In this document: positions 23,648-34,747 of the stretch, piece by piece
Layout: every line of letters begins with the position of its first letter
How positions within the stretch are numbered: position 1 is the first letter of the stretch
NCBI GenBank assembly: GCA_004431415.1
Contig: QPMI01000495.1
Coordinates: forward strand, 124,001 to 188,000
Direction: 5' to 3'
DNA: 64,000 bases
DNA from: Cyanophora paradoxa CCMP329
Taxonomy: Eukaryota > Plantae > Glaucophyta
Program-made: the position numbers and the translations under genes
Notes under the pieces: model-generated
What the model saw: the letters and a program-made list of their open reading frames with translations, nothing else
What the model was told of the DNA's origin: nothing
The model's database searches: none

Positions 23648-24413
23648 ATGTTCGTGGCACCGCTGCCGCTCGCTGCCCGCAGCCAGGCGTTCGTGGGGAT
23701 CGCCCCGGCAACCCCGCGCCGCGAGACGGCTGTCGCGCGCCGCCGCGCCGATCCCGCTGCCTCCTCCTCGTCCACGTTCATTGCCACCCACAAATTCGTC
23801 GCCACCGAGGCGCGCCGACCGACGTTCGTCGCACCGGCCGTGTTCCGTGGCCCTGTCGGTCCGCGCGCGGTTTGGCTAAACGATCCACGCGCCTCACACC
23901 AGCGGCAGCGGTGAAGGAAATCAGCGACGCCTCTTTCAAGCAGGATGTGCTGGAGTCCGACGTGCCGGTGCTCGTTGACTTCTACGCGACTTGGTGTGGT
24001 GCGTTCGATCCTCCACGTGCGCAGTCCTACGGGGCACTGAGACTGCCCTCCCCGCCCGCAGGCCCATGCAAGTACGCCAAGCGTTCCTGACCCTCGATCG
24101 AGCGTCCTTCTGAGCTGGACCCTCGCAGGCTGGTCGCCCCGCTCATGGACTGGGCCCAGGGTGAGTACGGGGACAAGTTGAAGGTCTTCAAGGTTGAGGT
24201 GGACCCCAACCCCGAATCCGGTACGGCTCAAAGTGTGCCATTCCCGTCTTGAAGCCATAGCTAACGCCCTACGCAGTTAAGGATTTCAAGGTGTACGGCC
24301 TCCCTGCCCTGCTCATCTTCAAGGATGGGCAGAACGTTGCCTCGCACGAGGGCGCGATCTCGAAGGCGAAGCTCAAGGACTACCTCGAGTCCAACATTCC
24401 GGGACTAGCGTAG
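23648..24413 (+). CDS. Plastid thioredoxin, x-type; multi-exon
   Basis: Transit peptide [17 protein letters not shown]; [10 protein letters not shown]|GPCK|[25 protein letters not shown]...[15 protein letters not shown]...[13 protein letters not shown]. Confidence 0.9.
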
Positions 24414-24627
24414 AGTTTTCATGTTAGTGTGATTGTAACATTATGAGTCGCAGGCATACGCATATGCATGTCCCCCCCTCCACCCAGTCTAGCAGCGCTA
24501 CCTGTGCTTCCCCCGGGGCGAATGCCCATACATACAACACTGTGACAAGTGCAACAGCGTTTTCGCTTTCGAAAAAACCTTGAAGACCTACAGAGGCACC
24601 TACAATCACCAGAGAACATGTACCTAA

Positions 24628-24862
24628 GCTCCATTTAGAGCTCAAATCACTCGTCATCGTCGCTGCCCTCAAGATCTGGCTTGAACTCCTCATTCGACTC
24701 GTCGCTTGCTCCGTCCTCTTCCGATGACTCTTCCGCGTCGAGCTTGCTCTTTTTCCCTTCAGGTTCAGATTTTCCCTTCGGGTTCAGTTCCCTTCAAGTC
24801 CAGATTCCCCTTTTTGCCCAAATTCAAGTGCTGAAAGCCTTCGAAAAAAGCAATCACGGACC
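24628..24862 (-). pseudogene. Diverged copy of the last intron, last exon and start of the 3' UTR of the HIRIP3-like gene
   Basis: Reverse strand reads gtccgtg...ctttcag then HLNL...EGKSEPEGKKSKL...EEFKPD..GSDDDE*, homologous to 34172-34459. Confidence 0.85.
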
Positions 24863-24863
24863 C

Positions 24864-25074
24864 ATTACGATCAGAACAGGGGCATCAGAATTACGATCAC
24901 GATCAGAACAGGGGCATAAGAATTACGATTACGATCAGAACAGGGGCACAAGAGCTTAGGCCCAGGAAAGCCCAATTAACACCACGCGCTGCGATTGTAC
25001 ATTTTGTTCGACTTTCGAATTTCTGTTCGAATTCAGCTATTATCGTAATCGTAATCGTATAGGTAATCGTAATC
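24864..25074. repeat. GATTAC-rich array (attacgatcagaacaggggca x3) with inverted GTAATC repeats at the right end
   Basis: Three direct units at about 24864-24948; gtaatc repeats at 25045-25074; shares the attacgatc core with the 11.5-kb array. Confidence 0.75.
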
Positions 25075-25256
25075 ACGGGCATGGACGCGAAGCGCCTGCT
25101 CAGCTCGTAGCCAGCTAGGCTCCGATCCCCTTTTCCATCAGGGCACCGGTCCCTGCGGGTTACGCTCTCACCCAAACAGCACGGGTACAGTTAAAGCGCT
25201 GTAGGTAGGAGTGCCACGGTGTCCGGCGCGCCCGTAGCCTAGAAAGAGTACAGACA
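25075..25256 (+). ncRNA. Second copy of the Fanzor tail (TGMDAKRLLSS*) plus candidate omegaRNA scaffold, copy B
   Basis: Aligns to 12089-12265 with the same four stems, plus a short insertion (tgccacggt) inside a gga/tcc hairpin. Confidence 0.65.
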
Positions 25257-25357
25257 TCACGATCTATATATCCTCGCAGATCAGTTCGTGTCAAGCTTCC
25301 CAAATACTATCAGATAGATGCTCCTTGACTGCTTCTAACGTGATTGAAGGGCGTCCT

Positions 25358-26910
25358 TCATTCGAAGTCAAAGACCAGATCAGAATCGGAGGTGGCCGGT
25401 GCTAGCAAGTGATGCCCTTGTGAATGGCAACAAAAGAGGCTGTCTCTCCACTAATCTCCATACCTTCCATGAAATCCTTTTGCACCGCATTCTCGATCTC
25501 GCACAGGAATGCGTGAACACTGTCCACTTCGTCTGGTTTCGCAAAAATGGTGGCGGTGCTTATTGGGGCTGGTGGGGTATCTGAGGACCCCGTCCATTGA
25601 GGAAGCAAAAAAGCACATATGCATAATCGCACCATCGATCTGCATAGGCGCCACAGATGGCGATCCGTCGTCGAAACCCGTAACAGAAGGAAAGAGTTCT
25701 GTTTCTGCTTATCAAACTGGCACTGTGCACAGAGCGAGCAGCAGCTCACCAGGGAAGAAGGAAAACGTAGAGCTTGGCGTAGATGGGGTGGGCACGGAGG
25801 TTTGGGCTGGAAGAGGGATTGAGGCTTGTGTCGTTTGCTTGAGCTCAACAATGCCTGCTTGGCGGAACAGCTCCCCTGTTGATTGCAATGTACCTGTATT
25901 GTTGGTCAATGTCAGCTGGCTCGTCAGGAAGAGATGTAGAGGTAGAGCTCACTCTGATCAAGAGAGGAAATTTTTGCGAGAAGAGCGCCGAGGGGATCAA
26001 TGCTTCGACTGAATGCAGTCTGTTGTGCTGAGGCGGCAGCTAGCGGTGGAGTGCCCGGAGCACCAGCTGGCGGAGGAGTGCGCCCCGGATGCGCTTGGCC
26101 CTGGGGAGGTGATGGAGCCGTAGGAGAGAATCCCAATGCCGAAGTCTGTACTTGAAGAAGCTGGCCAGCAGCTGATCCCCCAGCTGATACTGCTGCAGCC
26201 TATGAAGGGTGGAATTGATTGTAAGCGATGGCTAGTATCATGAGTGCAGGTTACATACTTGGTGGGCCGCAAGCTTGTGCAGCATTGCCTGCTGGGTGAC
26301 TGGGCGAGTCTGCTGGGTGGAAAGCGCCCCAATGGATGAAGCAGAGTCTGCCTTCTGTATCTCGCTGTGGGGTTCAATTTCTTGCTGCAAGCGACTCTGC
26401 AAGTGGAATCAGCGCATGCACAAGCATGAATAGATGGACTGAGCACAGTTTCGACGGCACTGGGAGATTGGGAAGGAACTGAGGGTGGCGATGCAGAAGG
26501 AACCACAGTCGGTGGTTGGATGGAAATCGTAGCAGGAAGAGCAGCTGCAGCCGCCATCGCCTGCTGCTTCTGCTGAGCGACTTGCTGAGCTTGAAGTCGG
26601 GCCTGTAACAACTGCTGTTGTTGCTGCTGCTGCAGCTGTTGTTGTGCCTGCTGCACTTGTTGCTGTGCCTGCTGTAGCTGCGCTTGTTGTTGTGCTTGCT
26701 GCATTTGCTGAAACTGTTGGCTTTGTTGCTGCGCCTGCAGTGCTTGTTGTGCCTGCTGCACCTGCTGTGCCTGCTGTGCCTGCTGCGTTTGCTGCTGCTG
26801 CTGCTGCTGATGCTGATGCTGCTGCTGATGCTGCGACTGCTGCTGCTGCTGCTGCTGCTGTTGTTGTTGTTGTTGTTGTTGCTGCTGCTGCTGCGCCTGC
26901 AGCTGCAGCT

Positions 26911-26974
<64 letters not shown>

Positions 26975-27015
26975 CTGTTGTTGTTGTTGTTGTTGTTGCT
27001 GCTGCTGTGTTTGCA

Positions 27016-27061
<46 letters not shown>

Positions 27062-27073
27062 TTGTTGTTGTTG

Positions 27074-27109
<36 letters not shown>

Positions 27110-28981
27110 TGCAGGAGAGGACCGTGTCAGGAGGCGTGTGACCTGCAGAGATTCAGACAGAAAACGTTTTGTCAACACCGTGTGGCTTACCTGCGCTTGC
27201 AGATTGTTGAGCACAGATAAGGCTGGAACACGAGTTGAAGGGTAGACAGTCTCGATTACGGTGATCTGTGAAGATACATCGTTTGAATAAAACAGCTTGA
27301 AGAATGAGAAGCTGGAAGAGAAAAAATACAAATTGCTTTAGTTGCCGACGAAAAGTCTCCACTCGGGACAAGCGTTCTTGTAATTGAGGGGTCTTTGGCT
27401 GTCCTGCAGCATTTGCAATCTGCTTTTCCAGCTGCTGGTCGATATTACGCAATTTCGGAGTGACCGACTTCATCTCCTGGAGCTGCAAATGTGGTTGAGC
27501 CGTCTGCATGCTTACAATATGATCAGCATGTGCACCTTTGCCAAGCTTGCTTGCCGCTCTTCCTCTGTAGCAGCCACCTGACTCATTTGGCCACGTGGTG
27601 CCTGCTGTCCACCAGAAACCAGATTTTGTTGCTCCTGCTGTGTGGCCTGCTGTTGGGCCTGCAATTGCTGTTGTTGGAGCTGATGTTGCTTCTTAGGATC
27701 AGCAGACGTGAGTTAAAAATCCTCAGCACAGTAATCACATATCTGCATACCGCAAGAAGATTTTGTTGATGAAGGAGCTGAGAGGCAGCTGCAGCGACCT
27801 GGTATACAGTGAGTACAGCTGTCAATTTACTGACCTGGAATTATCCGCACAGGCATTTGTGAAGTGAGCGCGTTTTGTTGCTGTTGCTGTTGTTGTTGCT
27901 GTTGTTGTTGTTGCTGCTGATGCTGCAGTTGTGCCTGAACCTGAGCCTGTGCTTGTTGCTGTAGCCTTTGCTGCAGCTGTGCTTGTTGCAGGCTGGCGAC
28001 AGTGGCTGTAGCGATTGCAACACCCTGTGCAGACCCGCGCTGTGCACACCGTTCTAAGTATAAAAAGAAGTGAATGCCAATCGTTTCTCACCACTTGGAG
28101 CTGAGCTGCTTGTTGGGCAGCGGCCTGTTGAGCCGCAGCCTGTAGCTGACTCTGCTGGGTCGCCATTTTCGGGTTAAAGAACTGTGCCGAAGGCTTAACG
28201 CCGGACACAGATGCTCCCATTGCTTGAGCGGCATTCGCAACTGCGGAAATTTGAGCGAATGGACAGCGGCCGTCATCTAAACAACTGAACCTGCTACGCG
28301 TTGCGCCAGTTGTTGTTGCTGCTGCATGCGCAAGGCCATTTGCTGTTGTAGCTGCTGCTGCTGCGCTTGTGCCTGCGCCTGCGCCTGCTGCGCTTGTGCC
28401 TGTGCCTGCTGCACTTGCGCTTGAGCCTGCACTTGCGCTTGTTGCTGAATGGCAGCCATCTGTTGTTGCTGATTCAACATCATCTGTTGCACGGGCCTCG
28501 CGAGTCCTTGCTGCATTTGCGCCTGCGCCTGCTGCCCACGAAGGTGCGCAAGAAGCTGTGGGTTCGCAGCGGCCGCAGCGGCCGCGGCTGCAGCTCCGTA
28601 CTTCTTTTCCTGCGTCGATTTCAGCAAGCACATACGTAGGTCGACAAGGGCGCGTACCGCATCCGCGAGGACCCGATTGATCGAAGCGATGTACATCTCC
28701 TGGGCGGGGTTCGCGGGTTTCGCGGCGAGGACGTCGCGGCTAACGCACCATGGTGTTGGAAGTGTAGTAGCAATGACTCTCAAGCTTGTCCGCTGAGGCT
28801 TTGAGCCTCTGTTCGTCTTCATTCGGGCGCATCTCGACCAGCTTCGCCAGGCTGCGCGCGGGAGTCAGCGCTCGGAAAGCTTGAAGCGAGAGGGCGCTCA
28901 CATCTTAGAGATCACGTTCTGCCGCTGCTCTGGCCTGTACTGTGCATGCCATGGCTGCGGCTGTGGCGTCGGGGCCGCCAT
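25358..28981 (-). CDS. KIX-domain polyglutamine protein, Mediator subunit 15-like; multi-exon, 3' end approximate
   Basis: N-terminal PWHAQYRPEQRQNVISKM...ADKLESHCYYTSNTM|EMYIASINRVL is a MED15-type KIX pattern; long Gln tracts follow. Confidence 0.65.
26610..27110 (-). repeat. CAG/CAA trinucleotide tract encoding polyglutamine
   Basis: (ctg/ttg)n on the + strand, open in ORF 25997..27331. Confidence 0.97.
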
Positions 28982-29191
28982 TCGGAGGGCGTCCGGACCG
29001 GCTCGGCTACTGCCGGGTCTTCGTTCTGAAAAAAACTCGTTCACCTCAGCTGGGTAGAGTGCGAAGCGGCCCGGATCTTCGCGCGCATACGCCACGCCAC
29101 GTCGTGCACACCCGCGGATCGGTATCGCATCATCTTCTGGCAGTGCTCGTTAGGCCGGGCAGCGCGTTTGTAGCTCGATCGACGTGTAGCG

Positions 29192-30142
29192 ATGGCGCTT
29201 GCGTCGCGGTTAGCTGCAGGCATCCCCCGGAGGCCTGCAGCGCCCGTACAGCGCCCCTCCGCACCACGCACGACCTGCATCGAGCGTGCGACCTTTTGGA
29301 CCGGTGTACGGCGAGCGACGACGTCGTCGGGCGCGATTCGCGTCAACGAGCTCTTCTACAGCGTGCAGGGCGAGGGGCCGCACGTTGGTCGCCCCAGCGT
29401 CTTCATCCGCCTGGGCCTCTGCAACCTGCAGTGCGCCTGGTGCGACACGAAATACACGTGCGCAGCACTCTGCACCGCCCGCCACACGCCCCTTTGAAAC
29501 GTGCGCAGATGGCTTTTTGACGAGGAGACGCTTCAGCGCATGCGCAAAGAGATTCCGCCCGAGAGAAGTCACTACCTCACCGGAATCGACAAGCCGTTTT
29601 CGCGGGCAGAGGAGATCACAAAGAAAAGTGTGGACGATCTGATAGGCTACGTTCAAGCACAGCGCGGCGCCCAGGCAGTTGTAATCACGGGAGGCGAGCC
29701 TCTGATCCAAAAGCAGCCCCTCCTCCCCCTCGTCCAGAGACTGAGGAAAGCAGGCTACGCAATCGAGTTCGAGACGAATGGCACATTCTCTCCCAGCGGC
29801 ATTCAAGAAGGCGTGCATTTCAACGTATCGCCCAAGTTGTCGAGCGCTGGCAACCCCAAGCAGCTGGACACATTGAAGCCAGACATCCTCCGGGAGTTTC
29901 TTTCGAGGGAGAGCGCTGTGTTCAAGTTCGTCGTACGAGATATGGTTGACCTCAAAGAAGTTCAAGCAATCGCAAGAGACATCTCCATCCCAGCATCGAG
30001 ATTGTATGTGATGCCGGAAGGCACATCACCAGAACAGATCCAGCAGGCATCCCAGTGGCTAGTCGAGATCTGCAAAGAGCATGGGTACATTTACAGCCAC
30101 CGCCTTCACCTCGTGCTGTTTGGTGCAAAACGCGGCACCTAA
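29192..30142 (+). CDS. queE: 7-carboxy-7-deazaguanine synthase (radical SAM) with N-terminal targeting-like extension; 2 exons
   Basis: RVNELFYSVQGEGPHVGRPSVFIRLGLCNLQCAWCDTKYT|W; VVITGGEPL; IEFETNGT; NVSPKL; FKFVV; YVMPEG; HRLHLVLFGAKRGT*. Intron 29458-29508 contains an in-frame stop. Confidence 0.9.
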
Positions 30143-30183
30143 AAGTATGTTGTCCTTTATTTTGTCCTACATGTGCTCAGCTG

Positions 30184-30290
30184 CGCACCCCGAGCGATCG
30201 CATCGTGGCCGGCAGGGTGCGGTGGGCCTTCAGGATGTCACGATAGAGGCTCAGAAAGCTACGCGCCTCAGCCGAAAGCTGCGCTGCCAT
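30184..30290 (-). pseudogene. Orphan diverged copy of SDHAF3 exon 1
   Basis: MAAQLSAEARSFLSLYRDILKAHRTLPATMRSLG plus donor gtgcg, homologous to 35614-35720; no downstream exons seen. Confidence 0.85.
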
Positions 30291-31022
30291 CGCTGCGGAG
30301 GCGCTGGAGGGCTGGCGGGGGGCTGGAGGGCCAGTGGAGGCTGCTCATGGGGTACAGTCAGTGCACGAGTCTGCCGATTGCAGGTTATCACAGGGTACAA
30401 CGCAGAAAGCTGCAATCATCCGGCGACTACGCCTCCAATTTACTTGCATCCAGTCAAGGAGCCTCTTTTTCCTCTTCCTCTGTTGTATACGTAATTCAGA
30501 TCTGCGGTGCGAATCCTGCATGCAGCTTAGCGCATTATCACGCCAGGCAACCGTTGAACGCTGGGCCCGGCTAGTGCTGGCCAGGCGTGAGCTCGGTGGG
30601 CTGGGCCCGCGGCAACGGCTCCGCCACCGGCGCAGTGTATACATCCCACACTTGCAATTCTATGCGTAGCCCGTACTTAGTTCGTGTCACACAGCTGTGT
30701 GGTGTCACAGTATCCAAATGCTTAGGTCCTCGTTTCCACACATCTCCACGCGAGCTCGAGTCCCATATGCTGCATCTATCGATCTACATCCACGAGTTCC
30801 ATGAGAATGCAAAGATTCGAGCCGCTGCCCCTGTGAAGCCTGCGTCACGGCACGGTGCTGTAAGCTAGTAAATTAGTCCGACATCCTAGCAAAGTTCCTG
30901 TACAATGCTACGCGCTCCAGCGCGTTGTCAAGCCCTGCTTCTGCTGCAAGCGCAGCGGGGCATCCGTTATGCGTGCGCAGCCCGCGCTGGAGGGGCTCCC
31001 GCAATGGTCGCCCCGGCCTAGG

Positions 31023-31366
31023 TCATTGGCCCTTGTTCTTGTCCAGCTCCGCGCGCAGCTGCTTCGCAAAGTCGTCATCCACGTCATCGTCATCCCAGTC
31101 GTCGACCCACTGCTTGAGATCCTCCTTGTCCTCCTTGTCCTCCGCCCAGTCTGCGCGACGGAGCGGTCAGGCGCTCGGCGCAGACGCTGCTCATGGCCGC
31201 ATGACCTCAGTGTAAGCTAAGCGATCGCGGCCCCCATTGCACGCGATGCGCTCGCTTGGCGGGCGCGCGGGAGCGCACTGTCTTCCTCGAACTCCTCGAA
31301 CTCGTCGTCCTCCTCAAGCACCTCAAGCTCCTTCTTCGGTTGTGCTGTTGGCTGCGCCTGCGCCAT
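31023..31366 (-). CDS. SEM1: 26S proteasome/TREX-2 subunit SEM1/DSS1; 2 exons
   Basis: [13 protein letters not shown]|.[35 protein letters not shown]. Confidence 0.95.
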
Positions 31367-31837
31367 CGCTCACCGCTGTGCTCTCTGCCCTTGAAGTGCT
31401 CCCGTACCCCTGCTCTCGGGCTCCTCGGCTCGACGGTCCGTCGGTTCGTCCGCGACGGTCTCCTTCGCATGCAATTGCGAGCAGGCTCGAGCTAGTGATC
31501 CAGTACTCCACAGACAGACTTCCAGGCCAACAGACAGATCCAGTGCTCCAGTACTCCCTAGACTAGACCAACTTAGGCTAAACTCGAGAGGCAACCAGAA
31601 CTAATACCGACTATCGGACCTTGAGGGTGTTGAAAGCTGCCTTTCCGAATCGCAATCGCAATTCAACGGCTCTAATCGCAAGTCCAAGCAGCTCGTTATA
31701 CTCGTAATCACAATTCAAAGGCCCAAATCTGGGGGAAGAGGGAAGGCGTCGGGACGAGTAGAGCTATAGACTGGAGGAGTTGAAGTCGGGAGGGTCGATG
31801 GGTGCAGGACGAGCGATGTCGGTGGCCTTCGAGGAGC

Positions 31838-32789
31838 CTACCTTTTTCGCTCAGCCTTCCAGCGAAATACTGCTGGATGATCCTCAGTTGCCTCCGCGAC
31901 CTTCTTCCTCCTGCCCTTACCCTGCGGTGCGAGTTCCATTCGAAGATTGCACTCCAGATGACAGCGAGAGGGAGAGACAAACCATCAGGGCTTTCTGGCT
32001 CGACATTGCCACCATTACTTTCTTCAGTTTCTGCTCGCGATCGAGGCGCTCCGCGAGCTCCCGGTATTGTGCTTCTCTTTGCTTCGCCAGCTTCTCGAGG
32101 CCCTTTTCGCCATGCACGCCCTTTCCAACTAGGACAGGCTGTGTCTGCAAAGTCTCCAGGCGTGGCCGGTTGTGCGCCCGGTCGCTCAGCTCGGGCGCCG
32201 TTTGGAAGTGCTTTGTCGGATCGAAACTCCGCGCCTCGTCCTCGCTATCGAAGAAGATTGTGTGCGTGTTCTTGGGGCCGTCCTCGCCTAGCATGTGCAG
32301 GCCCGCCTCGAGTTTTCGTATTTTCTGGATGACAAGCACGGAATCGTTAGCTATGTTGAGTTTGCTTACAATGCCGACACCGATTGAGACGCCCCGCGCA
32401 CCTGGGCCTCCATCGTGGTCTTGAGCGTCACGTACGAAAGGTCCTGCGTCTTCTGCGCCTTGAGCGCCTCGTGCGTACGCTTCTGCCTCTTGTTGGATCG
32501 GTGCACTCCATCCTGCACAACAATCGGCACGACCGCGTGCAGGCGACGCTCGCAGAACGGGCGATCGCACCTTGACCTCGCTGCGCTCCATGCGGAAGTA
32601 GAACTCGTCCTCATTGCGGAAGGCGGCCTTTTCGCGCAGCTTCTGCAGGCGCTCCTGTTTTGAGTGGAAGTTCTTCGCGCGCAGCACGTAGTCCTTGTGC
32701 TTTTCCAGGAGCCCGAACTTTTGCCGCGCGGCTGGCTGCGAACGCTCCTTTGGCACGCGCCGCTTGACGGCGTTCCGGAGGCTGCTCAT
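31838..32789 (-). CDS. UTP11: U3 snoRNA-associated protein 11; multi-exon
   Basis: [42 protein letters not shown]...[11 protein letters not shown]; C-terminal [10 protein letters not shown]. Confidence 0.96.
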
Positions 32790-33029
32790 GGCTGCGGCTG
32801 TGATCGAAGCCTGCTGGTGCCGGGGCCCTGGACAGACGGGTACAGCCAGGCATCTCCAAAATTCGAAAATCGATCAGCCAGCTCGCTCGCGTCTCAGCCG
32901 CCGCAGCTTCGCCTCGCTTTGGAGGTTGCGGGCTCAGCAAGCAGAAATCACGGCGTTCCGCTAGCTAGCCAGCTAGCTTGAGGTCTCAGCTGCAGCCGCA
33001 GGGGCGCGTATCGACGCGAGTACAAGAAC

Positions 33030-34434
33030 ATGGTTAAACTCCCCGCGGCAGGCGTGCTCTTTCTACGCTACGGGCGCGCCGGACACTCCTAGCCTTCGCG
33101 CACTTCGCGCGCCACTAACGCGTCCAGTAAATCCCGGCGGCAGGCGTCCTCAGGAAGGAGCTGCGCGCGATATACCGCGGGAACGACCACGACACGCTCA
33201 CTTTTCGTAAGGTACTGTAGATCTAGACACGGACGCGGATGCGGCCGGCTATAGCTAAGACTTCGCAGGTTCTTAGACTTCTCGAGAATTCACTGAGCCT
33301 TCCGGATGGGACCCTCGACAGCGAGCATAAAATCGAGATCAAGGTGTGCGCATGCTGTCTCTGCTGCCTGGGGCGCTTGCGTGAGCTTCGCCATAGGCAA
33401 TCTTCAACAAGATTGTCGAGGAGGATGAAGAAGAAGCCTCTCTAACTAGCAGTGACGAAGCTGTGCTGGATGAGAAGCCAGCCGAAGTAAAAAAGTCGAA
33501 GTCGAAGGAGAACAAAGAACTGCCGAAGAGGGAGAGGGCTCCCAATGCCAGAGAAAAAAAAGAATCCGGCAGCGAGGAAGAAGGCCCCAAGGAAGTCTGT
33601 AAAGCGAAGAAAGTCAAGAAGGACAAGGTCCCCAAAGCCACCAGCGGGAAGGAGGTCAAGGAGGCCAGCTCGAAGGGCTCTGCCTCTGATGACAAGGCCA
33701 AGAAGCTCGAGGCAAGCGCAAAAGGTGAGGCAGATTCCTATCACACAAATTTAGGTGTGGCTTATTCCTATTCCCAGCTGTTGGCGTGCGGTGTGCGCAT
33801 TTTCCAAGGTGTTGGCATTGCGTTCTCACCATTATGTGTTTGCAGAGTTCCCCGTAAGCTTGCATCGCTCTCGCCAAGCAAACGCATCGCCGAGCTTGAG
33901 CTTCTTATGAAAGAGGAGGGCGTGCCGCCAAGAGTGCTGACGAAGCAAGAGATGGCAAAGTACAAGGGAGCTATTGAGATCAAGCGCGAACTTCAGGTCA
34001 CTTCTTTTGTGAATGAATTCAGTCCCTTTCTGAATTGATCTTGCAGGAAATTAAAGCGACCAACATTGTGGAGGGTCGTCGCAATATAAAGCAGGCAAAG
34101 AAGATAGAGCCGGTGTATGAACCATCGAAGCCTCGGAAGCGGCACAGCAGCGATGGAGAGAATAATGATGAGGTCCGTGATTTCTTTTTTCGAAGGCTTT
34201 CAGCACTTGAATTTGGACTCGAAGGGAAAATCTGAACCTGAAGGGAAAAAGAGCAAGCTCTTGGACAAGGAGAAGAAGGCAGAAACCAGTGCCGAGGACA
34301 CGGAAGCCAAATCATCGGAAGAGGGAGAGAGAGATGAAGAGTCGGATGCCAACCCCTCAGAATCGGAGTCGGACGAAGCAAACGAGGAGTCGGATGAAGA
34401 ATTTAAGCCCGATGGTAGCGATGATGATGAGTGA
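33030..34434 (+). CDS. HIRIP3-like histone-chaperone protein (DEK-C-like N-terminus, K/E-rich middle, CHZ-like motif, acidic tail); multi-exon
   Basis: LRKELRAIYRGNDHDTLTFRK|VLRLLENSLSLPDGTLDSEHKIEIK; IEIKRELQ|EIKATNIVEGRR; acidic C-terminus after a 31-nt intron (34173-34203). Confidence 0.6.
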
Positions 34435-34515
34435 TTCTTATTTCAGCTATAAATGCAGCACCAGCGGACGTATTCAATCAAAACTCTGTGCTGTGTGTGC
34501 TGCATAGCCATGGTT

Positions 34516-34567
34516 GCTAGGCTCGGCTCCCATCCCCTTTTTTCCATCAGGGCACCAGTCCCTGCGG
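34516..34567 (+). mobile_element. 52-bp fragment of the Fanzor right-end/omegaRNA element (copy C)
   Basis: Identical by eye to 12124-12175. Confidence 0.9.
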
Positions 34568-34747
34568 AAAAAGAGCAAGCTCTTGGACAAGGAGAAGAAG
34601 GCAGAAACCAGTGCCAAGGACACGGAAGCCAAGTCATCGGAAGAGGGAGAGAGAGATGAAGAGTCGGTTGTTTGAGCTATAAATGCAGCACCAGCGGCCG
34701 TATTCAATCAAAACTCTGTGCTGCGTGTGCTGCATGGCCATGGTTGC
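34566..34747 (+). repeat. Tandem partial duplication of the HIRIP3-like last exon and 3' UTR, internally deleted
   Basis: Matches 34245-34345 then 34446-34517. Confidence 0.9.

Noticed and set aside
26644-27220. Poly-Ala/Val and poly-Leu ORFs on the + strand
   Set aside because: They are antisense shadows of the polyQ tract.
29192-30142. queE as bacterial contamination
   Set aside because: It has a spliceosomal intron and a presequence, and is contiguous with eukaryotic genes.
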